62,000 bases of DNA from Chiloscyllium plagiosum. Lineage: Eukaryota. Made by a program: the position numbers and the translations under genes. Within the stretch, counting starts at the first letter, position 1, and every line of letters begins with the position of its first letter. Of this stretch, positions 51,724 to 62,000 are shown one piece after another. The stretch is taken from NCBI RefSeq assembly GCF_004010195.1, contig NC_057756.1:777805-839804 (forward strand), read 5' to 3'. Under the pieces are notes generated by a model that had not been told where the DNA came from, did not search any database, and saw only the letters and a list, made by a program, of their open reading frames with translations.

Positions 51724-53089
51724 GTGAGCAATATTTTAAATAACAGTAGAAAATCTTGCATTTTTCTGAAAAGAGATTTTTAAACAGATATTTTTCTTTT
51801 GCATTGATCAAGATAAACGCAAAAAGCTAATTTTCAATCATTTAATACAAGAAACCGAAGTCACGAGTTATTATCAAGTTGATGTTGTATGTTTGATTTA
51901 TTTGAGATGTGGAAAGCATCATTGAAGAGTAGATTATATAAGTTTCAATGCTTGAACATATTTTATTTGGAGAAACAGTTCTGGGCCTATCAATTCTTTT
52001 CAGATCTAGAAAACGTAAATAACTCACATTGTCATCAAAGTGAACATCTTCAAGTGTCGCTAGACTATCAATTAGCACAGAAAAGATGGCAACGCAAGTG
52101 TTGTGCAGTTGCAAAGTCACATCTTACATTCGTCATTATGTTTTGGGTTTCAGCTCGCTCTGCATTGTCTGTGCATTGTTCAGTGTGAATTGTCAAGGGA
52201 AGAACCTATTTGAGGGGGTTAACTGTCTTTGGCAAGGAAAGTAACTGGAACTGTATCATTATTCAAATGCATTGACATTGTTGCACAATTGTTATGCTGC
52301 ATAACACTGCTTTTAGCGACAGCAGCATCATGCAGACAACACACAATAATGATTGACTGCAGCAAGATCACACTAATTGTGTAGGATATTGAACAAACAC
52401 TATGGTATTGTGGAATATTCAATTAAATTCCGCTACATTGAAATTCACACTAGTTTCAGTACTAAATACAATTTTATTGGCTTGCATGAAAAATGTATTT
52501 GCTCACTGAATATGTTTATAAATGTTGCTCTTATGATCTGTAGTCGATACATTTGTGATAGTTGGTGTCCGCAATTGAACCTGCTCCTTCTCAGGCTCAA
52601 ATTCACTTTGACATAACATTTAATTCACTCAAATTATTTGGTGAGTTGATTGAGAAATCTGTTATTAGTCACCGTCAAGTTTAAAATAAAAAAAAAATCA
52701 TTATGCACTTTATGAATTGTACACTACACTCGATGCTGGTCTTGCACAATCATGAATATTTTAAATAGGATTTGAGCTGATTGTTCATTTTTCTAAAGGA
52801 GCACTGACAATCTTGATCAGCTCATTCTTCAATGCTTGTAATTGAACCAAATTCTATCACTTTCAAACTTGTAGTCCCTAATTTACTTCAAGCTATTTGG
52901 GAAAGGAAAAGAGCCTCCAAAATGAATTCAGCAAACAAAAAAGTATATTATGCAAGATCAATAAAAAAAGAAAGACAAGGTATTGTCTTCAGTTAATGAA
53001 AACTATCCATCTGCTGTTCGATTGAGCAATGAGTTGTGTGTATTTCAATGCAGTGTAATCAAAGCTGCACAGATTGTCCACGGACTGAT

Positions 53090-53712
53090 TAGCATTTTGA
53101 GTATAAGAGTTGGCAGGTCGTATTGCAACTGTACAGGGCATTAGTTAAGCCACTTTTGGAATATTGCATGCAGTTCTGGTCTCCTTTTTTTATCAGAAGA
53201 ATGTTGTGTATCTTGAAAGGGTTTTGAAAAGGTTTACAATAATGTTGCCAGGTTTGGAGGATTTGAGCGACAGATAGAGGCTGAATAGGCTGGGGCCATT
53301 TTCCCTGGAGCGTTTGAGGCTGAGGGGTACCTTATAAAGGTTTATAAAAAACACAAGGGGCATAGAAACGATAAACAGACAAGGTATTTTCCTGGGGTGC
53401 AAGAGTTTAAAACTATAGGGCATAGGTTCAGGATGAGAGGGAAATGATATAAAAGGGATCTTAGGGGCAACATTTTCACGTAGAATGTGGTGTGTGTATG
53501 GAATGAGTTGCCAGAGAAAGTAGTGGAGGCTCGTGAAATTACAACATTTAAAAAGCATCTAGATTGATACATGAATAGGAAGGGTTTAGAGGGATATGCG
53601 CCATGTGCTGTCAAGTGGGGCTAGATTAGGCTAGGATAACGGGTCAGCATGAATGAGTTGGACCAAAGGGTCTGTTTCTGCGCCGTATATCTCTATGACT
53701 GTATGACTCTAT
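53090..53712 (+). mobile_element. CR1 LINE 3' fragment with (ctatgact)n tail
   Basis: LYRALVKPLLEYCMQFWSP-like translation; tail ctctatgactgtatgactctatg. Confidence 0.9.
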
Positions 53713-54229
53713 GAATGGTTGATTGATTGGAACAGAATGGTTATACTGCTTTTGAAATATGCAGTTAAGAGTTGCACTCAGACTTTCCATGCTTGCAATT
53801 TACTCCAGGACCTGTAAGTGTTCTATGTAACATCACTTGTTACAGAACTGTATTTCTGGATATACCTGCACTTACTATGTCAGTAGATTCAATAAAACAA
53901 ACCTTTCTAATTCCAGCTCCAGTGAAAAATGTCACAGCCTCTCCAGCCTTTCTTTTAAATCAATCCTTCCATACCAGGCGACATCCTGATAAATCTCTTC
54001 TGAAACCCCTCTAGCTTAATAAAATCCTTCTGATAAATTGGCAACAGAACTGGACGTATTGACAAGTCAAGTGTCAGTACAAAACTACTTGATAGTCTCA
54101 TGCCAACAGGTTATAGTACAACATGTCTATTTGAAATCACAAGCTTCCAGAGCATTGCCCCTTGGTCAGGTGATTATTTTTGTCACTTCGGAGCACTGTC
54201 CCTTCGTCACTCACGATTTTATGAGTTGT

Positions 54230-55640
54230 GTAGGCGAGACAAACCAGACATAACCATTGTGGCACTTTCAGGAACTCCATCACATAACCTGGTAATAGAT
54301 CTTCAGCAAAAACCCAAACAACTAAACAGCGGAATGAAACCCTCCATACAAACACCACAGGAATTCCAAAAATATAAACATAGACAAGGATGTAGCAATG
54401 ATAAAATTCGATGTAACGATGAAGTTTACCTGGATTGACAAAACGATAGTCAAACAGACAATAACCAACCTTTTGGACAAATAGAACAGACAGTGTCAAC
54501 AAGGGCTGTAATGCAAACTTCCGGACCTGTGCTACATGTTCAACGCACTACACGTTCAACAGGCAGATATATGAACAAATAAATGGGATACCTATGGGCT
54601 CAACACAGAAGCAGTGATATGACGACACTTCATCAAAATTATAAGAACAGAGATCGAGAGCATGCTCACAGTGATCAAATTTACAAGATAGCAGGAAATT
54701 AACCACCTGCTCACATTCCTGGACATGATGAAAGAAAGAACGCAGAACGAGGAATGTACAACAAAATTGAATACAAAAGCCACACAAAAATACCGTACCT
54801 TGAATTAGAACAGCAAATGCCCAAACACACACAAGATAACCTGCATTATAAGCTTTCTGAAAAGGCTAAAACACACGACAGCACATCCAACCTGCGAAGA
54901 GATGAAGAACACCTACACAAAGTCTTTGCCAAGAATAGATATCCCCACAACTCCATTCGCAGATTACTGGCAGACAAACAAGCGACAAAGACATGCCATG
55001 ATGCAACACTAGCTATTTTACCTTTATCTTAAAAAAAAGCAAAGGCCTGAACATGACAGCCCGATCCTCTCCAACTACTCGAATTTATGACAGCACATAA
55101 ACCGATAGACACACTCAGACAAGAACGCACTTGAACAAAAGAACCAATACCCATCCTCTGCAGGATAAACGTATTGTACAAGATTCCATGCACCAAATAT
55201 ATTGTACAAAATTCAATGCAGACACTAAACGAAACACTATCTAGAAAAACAGGCAGGCAAGTGAACCGTATTCAAGAACATCAGCTAGCCAGGAAACACC
55301 ACTATCAGCTATCCTCAGTATCAATACACATAGACAGCAAGGACCTCAAATTCGAAAACAAAATAGGACAAGCCAAATAGAGGACAACTAGAGAATTCCT
55401 ACAAGCATGGCACTCATTTATGGACTCCATCAATAAAAAAATTGACCTGCAACCAATATACAGAACATTTCAATGAATAACCAAGACTGGCAATTCGAAG
55501 CAGCAGGAATGAAACCAAATGAATTCCAAACAACACAGTACGGCAGAGCTTCACAACACTAAGGATGTCACCTCATAAGGGGATGAAACGTTTGCAAACC
55601 AAAGTCCCAGTTTGGCTAACATGCCCAAAAAACTACAACA
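54230..55640 (+). mobile_element. Decayed Poseidon-type Penelope element
   Basis: YEQINGIPMGS RT remnant, GIY-YIG remnant (VLYKIPC..KTGRQ..RIQEHQ) and degenerate hammerhead at about 55557-55590. Confidence 0.85.
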
Positions 55641-56885
55641 ACTTTAAATGTGATCAGCCTTCAATCCGCTAATTCTGAGAAAGAGAATGCAACTTTGTCC
55701 AAACATTGCTAATAGCTATTTAAACCCAGTCGAGGGAATATCTTGGTCAATACCACGCGCACCCTTTAGAAAGCTTACACATCTTTCACAACGATTTCAT
55801 CTTTCTTATTCATCTGTTCTTTACACATGCCCTCTCTGAATTAAACTCCAACTGTTCACTATTAGTTCAACTATGATATTCTCCTAATTCAGTAATGCAC
55901 ATCGACACCATCGTTTGCATCCCCCTCTATCATATCTAAAACATCAAAAAATTGAAATGTTGGGTGACCAGCCATGCTGCTCTCTGAAGTCTCAATTGTC
56001 GAAAACGACTATGGTACTGTAGTGCTATGTATTAATCCAGCTCTAAGTGCATCCGCCTCATCTGTTATACACCTTTCATTAAAATAAAAACTTCAGACTA
56101 TGATCGTGTCATGTTCTTCAGCCTGTTCCTCCATGTTGTTCCTATGAAACTAGCTTTGACTAAAATGTACCTCAACCAGTCTACATAGTGACCGTCTGCT
56201 CTGTTTCCCATCCTTCAGCAACACCTGTTTAATTTCTGCAAATGGCACTATCAACCCTTCCTAAATTGATATTGCTGACCCCCACACCTCCCAGTACCGA
56301 AGAAATTTATCCTACATGTACAGATCTATCCTGCCCGGAAGGAGCGCATAGTGATTCCGATATGTGACCATCTCTGTCATAAACCACCTCTTGAGCCATG
56401 CACCAACAGTTTCTGGTCTCACTGGCACGTGGCACAGGAAACAATCCTGACCTGACATCCCAAGAAGTCCTGTGATTCGACGTTCTGCCTTAATAGTCAT
56501 TTAAATACCTGAAAAGGCAGATTTAAGTTTTTGTTGACAAATATGTGCTCAGTAGTATAAATTGATGATCTTAAAACAAATACAATTGACAGAAGGTAAT
56601 CTGCTGATTTGCTATGATATTGCATGGATAAACTTATTTGAAATAAAATCAGCTGTAAGCAATTCTGTTCCTTGAACTTACAACGTTATTAAACAACATG
56701 ATTTCTGATATCTATCTGAATGTATCTTAAGTTACACATTCGCGTCTGACTCTGATAACTGTGAATACCCACCCTACCACCCTCTGGCACTGCTTTAAAA
56801 GTATCCTACGGTACAGTCTTCACTGCTAGCTGTTTAGCGTTCTGTGTTACTTTGATTTATTTCTATTTGTTATCTTTAATTCCTG

Positions 56886-58072
56886 CTATGCCATTCCATG
56901 CCAAGGGGAGGTGGCTAACTTTCTTCCTGTTTGTCCTACGTATTGTTTGTGGCAGTCCTTGCATGTTCGTTTTCTGAAGGGTTGATAGATGGTCTCTAGA
57001 TCTATGTGTTTGTTTATGGCGTTGTGGTTGGAGAGCCAGGCCTCTGGGAATTCTCTGGCATGTCTTTGCTTAGACTGTCCCAGGATAGATGTGTTGTCCC
57101 AGTCGAAATGGTGTTTTTTTCCCTCTGGGTGTAGGGCTACGAGGGAGAGGGGGTCGTGTCTTTTTGTGGCTAACTGGTGTTCGTGTATCCTGGTGGCTAA
57201 CTTTCTTCCTGTTTGTCCTACGTATTGTTTGTGGCAGTCCTTGCATGGAATTTTGTAGACGACGTTGGTTTTGTCCATGGGTTGTACTGGGTCTTTTAAG
57301 TTTGTTAGTTTTTGTTTGAGAGTGTTGGTTGGTTTGTGTGCTACTAGGATCCCGAGGCGTCTTAGTAGTCTGGCTGTCATTTCTTAAACTTTGTTGATGT
57401 ATGATAAGGTGGTTAGGGTTTCTGGCTGTGTCTGGTCTGCTTGCCGTGGTTTGTTCTTGAGGAATCTGCGGACTGTTTTTTTAAGTATCCGTTCTTCTTG
57501 AATACATTGTATAGGTGGTTCTCCTCTGTTTTCCGAAGTTTTTCTGTGCTGCAGTGTGTGGTGGCTCGTTGGAATAGTGTTCTGATTTAGCTTCGTTTGT
57601 GTGTGTTGGGATGGTTGCTGGTGTAGTTAAGTATTTGGTCAGTGTTTGTCGGTTTTCTGTATGCGCAGGTTTGTAGTTCTCCGTTGTCCGTTCTTTCGAC
57701 TGTGACGTCCAGGAATGCGAGTTTGTTGTCGGTTTCTTCCTCCTTGGTGAACTTTATGCCTGTGAGGGCGTTGTTGATGATGTTAAATGTCTCTTCAACC
57801 ACAACGCCATAAACAAACACATAGATCTAGATACCATCTATCAACCCTTCAGGAAACGAACAGGAAATGACATCACCACAAACCCCAGCAACCCCATCCA
57901 GGACAAACATATAAATAGAAAGCAGGAGACAATAGCTTCACTTCACTTGGAGGTCGCCACTGATGATATTGCCTATCCAGGTAATGAAGCGTCTGGGTAT
58001 CAAACTTACAGCTCAGCGAGCAAACCTACACCCTAAACCTCACCCTGAGCTACAAACCTTCACAAACCTTGC
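56886..58072 (-). mobile_element. Poseidon-type Penelope element with inverted 3'-end/pLTR copy (57796-58072, plus strand)
   Basis: ORFs 56886-57380 (VVYKIPCKDCHKQYVGQTGRKLATRIHEH) and 57587-57820 (IKFTKEEE..KLAFLDV); 57796-57862 is the reverse complement of 56965-57030. Confidence 0.92.
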
Positions 58073-58074
58073 AG

Positions 58075-59930
58075 TAATTAGTAGATTGTCACATGGATCG
58101 GTGCTGAGAACCCAGCTATTCACAATATTAAATTATTTGGATGAGGGAACAAAATGCGATATCTCAAATGTACATGATACCAAGTTGATTGGAAAGGTGA
58201 ACTGTGACGATGATGCAGAGATGCTCTGGCATGATCTAGACAGGTTGTGTGCGCGAGTGATAGTGTCAGAGTCATGGAGGTGTACAGCATGAAGACAGGC
58301 CATTTGGCCCAGACTTATCCATGCCAAACAAAACGTCCAGTGGCGCTGAACCCATTTCCCTGCACCTGGCTCATATCCTTTTAAACCTTGCCGAAACATA
58401 TATTTGTCTAAATGCCTTTTAAATGTTTCTAATGTACCCATCTGAACCACTCCATATGCAAACCACCCTCTGTCTAAAGATATTGTGCCTCAGGTTCCTT
58501 TTATTATATCCCCTCTAATGCTTATCTTATGACCTCTGGTCCTTCATTACCCCACACTCTGAAAAATATTAAGTGCATTCACCCTACCTATGCTTCTCCT
58601 AATCTTATGCCCTTCTATAAGATCGCCCCACAGTCTCTTGTGCTCTCAAGAATAAATGTAGTAGTTTGCACAAACTTTCCCTCTAACTCAAACCCTTGAG
58701 TCCTGGCAACATCCTTGGAAATTTCTTCTACAATGCTTCCAATTTAAAAACATCCTTCCTACAGCAAGGTGACCACAACTGACCACAATACTTCAAGTGC
58801 AGTGTCAACAACGTCCTGTGCAATTGTAATGGAACTTCCCAACCTCGATAGTCAATGGCCTGACTGATAATAGTCAGTGTGCCAAAAGCCGTCTTCACTG
58901 CCATGATGACCTGTGACCCCACTTTCAGAAAAACATGCACCTGAACTCTGTTTCACTACACTCCTTATTGCCCAACCATTCACCAAGAAAATCCTACTTT
59001 GACTTGACTTTTCAAAATGCAAGACCTCAAACTTATCTGCATTGAACTCCATTGATAATTTCTAGGCCGACTTCCCCAGATGATCAAGGTCCTGTTGCAA
59101 TTTCTGACAATTTTCCTCACTGCCCACGATGCTGCCTATTTTACTGGGTAAATCGCTGGGCAAATGCACAGCATTTTGTATAAATGTGAGGTTATTCATT
59201 ACCTGAATACCTATAACCTGGAAAAGATGAGTGTGCAGCAGGATCTGGGTGTCCTCGCGCATCGCTCATGTAAGGTGAGCATCCAGTTGCAGCAGGTGGT
59301 AAAGAAATGGTATGCTGGCCTGCATTGCAAGAAGTTTTGAGTACAGCAGCAGAGATGTGTTATTGCCGTTCTGTAGGGCCTTGTTTAAGCCACACCTAGA
59401 ATATTGTGTGCAGTTAGAGTCTCCCTTTCTGAGGAAGGATGCTCCTGCTTTCTATGGAGTGTAACGAAGGCTCATGATGGATGGTAGCACTAGTATATGA
59501 GGAGAGATTGATTAGGTGAAGATTGTTTTCCCTGGAGTTCAGATGATTGCGGGGAGATCTCAAAGAGATTTATGAAATCCTAGCAGAACTAGATAGGGTA
59601 TAGACAGGGAGGGTGTTCCCTGTGGTGGTTATGGCTGGAACCAAGGGTCACAGTCTGAGCATTCGTGGTGGACCATTTAGGACGGAAATAAGGAGCCATT
59701 TCTTCATCCAAAGATTGATGAGCCTGTGGAATTCATTATCACTAGATGTCGTCGATTGCATATATTCAAGAAAGGCTAGAATTAGTACCTGGGATGAATG
59801 GGATCAAACGTTATGGGGAAAAAGCAGGATTATCCTATAGAGTTGATGAATAGTGATCGTGATGAATGGTGAAGCACACTCAAAGGGTCGAATGGCCTCC
59901 GGTTGCTCCTATCCTCCGCATGTCTATGTT
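58075..59930. mobile_element. Plus-strand CR1 fragments (58075-58255, 59220-59930) flanking a minus-strand CR1 fragment (58265-59135)
   Basis: GSVL.TQLFTI..YLDEG; MEFNADK; LKYCGQLWSP; TKGHSLSIRG..FRTEIRSHFF.QR..SLWNSL. Confidence 0.85.
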
Positions 59931-60389
59931 TATATTCTATCTAGTAATCTGACATGTCACTAACTTTTGAGTATTTTTTGCTTATTCTTTTCAGATTTAT
60001 ATATTTCTTATATATCATGCAACTGAGCTGTCCCCTCATTTTATTTTATTCTTGACGTTAGGGGTCTGCTTATTCTGCATATTCATCAACATACACTTAA
60101 ATGTTTTCCATATATTAGCCTATTATCCCAGGTCAGTTCATCTAGATCAACTTTAATGAAGCATAGTTGCCTGCATTTAATAATAAACGTTCCCCCTCAG
60201 ACTCCTTTTAACTTCCAAACGCATGGTGAATCTAAATTACATTTTCGTTTGAAGCAACTAATCTGGTAATAGTTTTGGTAATGTCATTGTAAGTTCCATA
60301 GTGTTATTAAATAGGTACTCGTTTTTTTACAAAAGTAACCAAAACCATCACTTCACAAATACTTAATGGAAATGAACGTAGCATAAACG

Positions 60390-60690
60390 TGGGCGGCACG
60401 GTGGCACAGTGGTTAGCACTGCGCCAGAGACCAGGGTTCAATTCCCGCCTCAGGCGACTGACTGTGTGGAGTTTGCATGTTCTCCCCGTGTCTGCGTGGG
60501 TTTCCTCCGGGTGCTCCGGTTTCCTCCCACCGTCCAAAAATGTGCAATTCAGGTGAATTGGCCATGCTAAATTGCCCATAGTGTTAGGTAGGGGGTAAAT
60601 GTAGGGGTATGGGTGGGTTTCGCTTCGGCGGGACGGTGTGGACTTGTTGGGCCGAAGGGCCTGTTTCCACACTGTAAGTGATCTAATCTA
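60390..60690 (+). mobile_element. Young HE1/V-SINE-type SINE
   Basis: gggcggcacggtggcacagtggttagc A box, gggttcaattcc B box, (atcta)n tail; CpGs retained. Confidence 0.93.
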
Positions 60691-61339
60691 AACAAACCTG
60701 TCAGATCAGTGATGTTTCTTTCTGCAAATAACAGGAAATGTGCCATTTTTAATCAATCTCTTCCAAACAAGTTTAGCAACAACATGATATGTTGATATTT
60801 ACAATATTATATCTTATATAAAGTATGCACAACTCATGTGAAACTTAATATTTCAGTTCATACATATTAAAAACTGTCAAAGTATTGGCTTAAGTTACTG
60901 ATTTTCTATTGTTGATTATGGTGATTGCTCGAATGTAACACATTTCATAATGTATTTCCCATCAGTACACTCAGTTTCAAAGTGAGAGACTTTCTGCTCT
61001 CAGATTTGATCACATTTGAATAAAACCATTGACAATGTACTTTTCCAAACAGTTTTAAAATGAAGATTTCTGCACGCAGATCTAATCATAAATATTATGT
61101 ATACAAATCACTTCCATTTAATTTCAGTTCAATGATCAACTACATCGCATATAAGCATAGCATCCTTGTGAGATATAGTTGCGAAAAGAAATAGACAACT
61201 CAGCAACTCACAAAAAGGTGAAGATTTCCTCATCTAGAACAGAACACTAGTCTGCATTAGGATCTCATCAACCAGCAGAAATTTTCATTCAATCTACCAG
61301 TGATGAAGAGTGGAAAAGTTCTTTAAAATTTGCTACAGC

Positions 61340-61892
61340 AGTTTTAAATCATTCACGCACTGCACATCTGGAGTCACATGGTTGTCAGTACAGATCGGCA
61401 GAACAGTCTAGTTTTACAATGGAAGGGGAGTAGCCAGTTCTCTAGTTTAAGTTTATTCTTTTTTTTACTGGTGCAGTCACAATATGTGTGAGTCCAGTGG
61501 AGTTGCAAGCTTTAATAAAGAAGTCCTCTGAATTTCTACTGATCACTCTGTATGGAAGTTGTTGCCTCTTGTCTGTATGAATCTACGATTGAATTTACCT
61601 TTTTCCCAGTGGTGTGTTTATTGAATGTTAGTGTGTTGGAACAGTTAATTAAATTGCTGTATCAGGTCGGTTAAGTTTTACAATAGCTAGCCTATTTTAA
61701 ATTCTGCTTTTGTTTTGTTCATGTTTCAACTGTAGTGTTCAAATAAATTATGTTGGCTTCAAACTGAGTGGTTTGACCAGCTACATTACATTTGCAACAC
61801 CTACTTTATATTTGATTTTAAAATAAGAATGAAAAGCAGTATCTAGGCTATCTTCTGAAACTATTTTGAGGAGGCCTGACCTGATCTGTAAC
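61340..61892 (+). mobile_element. Possible solo LTR
   Basis: AATAAA at about 61742 and terminal ...ctgatctgtaaca; 5' boundary not resolved. Confidence 0.35.
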
Positions 61893-62000
61893 AAACTACC
61901 AAATTCTGAGTTTCTCATTATAGATTGAGCAAACTTGTTCCCATCAGTAGAAACATCAGAAGTCAAATGCTACCAAATTAGACTGATGAGTCGCTGAATC

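Noticed and set aside
60390..60460. tRNA-like A/B boxes here and in similar copies
   Set aside because: These are SINE heads, not tRNA genes.
1..62000. CRISPR array, operon or prokaryotic defence system
   Set aside because: The sequence is eukaryotic intronic DNA; no regularly spaced repeat-spacer array or long intact ORFs are present.

Overview
AT-rich vertebrate genomic DNA, very probably from a cartilaginous fish (shark), judged from its repeats: HE1/V-SINE-type tRNA SINEs, CR1 LINEs, Penelope-like elements of the Poseidon and Neptune types, and a Gmr1-like Gypsy LTR element. None of the supplied six-frame ORFs looks like a host gene; the recognisable ones are transposon remnants, microsatellite translations or N-gap artefacts. 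The main hidden feature is a + strand gene segment of 19 tiny symmetric phase-1 microexons (12 x 27 nt, 5 x 36 nt, 2 x 15 nt; 534 nt in total) spread over about 50 kb (1985-51723). Each has AG/GT splice sites. They join in genomic order into a stop-free 178-aa Cys-punctuated heptad coiled coil (EFEDFQAKC KTNTEKMDA EIKDIKVKLQEC EDKLKRKSK EFDDQQEEC KNNLDEKTA DLTKKSDQL EKSLK DLSTCQETLKEL ERKLKDKEK ELSKCQENAQEL QKVKK ALIECQELLNDT EENIRQKEK ELKKCEESLSDR EEKLTEKEK ELEDLEQKC KKDLENKDA ELKGKVDEL). The exons fall into paralogous classes arranged in higher-order repeats. The architecture resembles the microexon-encoded heptad tails of butyrophilin/chicken BG genes, but no start, stop or identifying domain was found in the window, so the gene identity is only inferred. 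All exons were found by eye, and TE boundaries are approximate.
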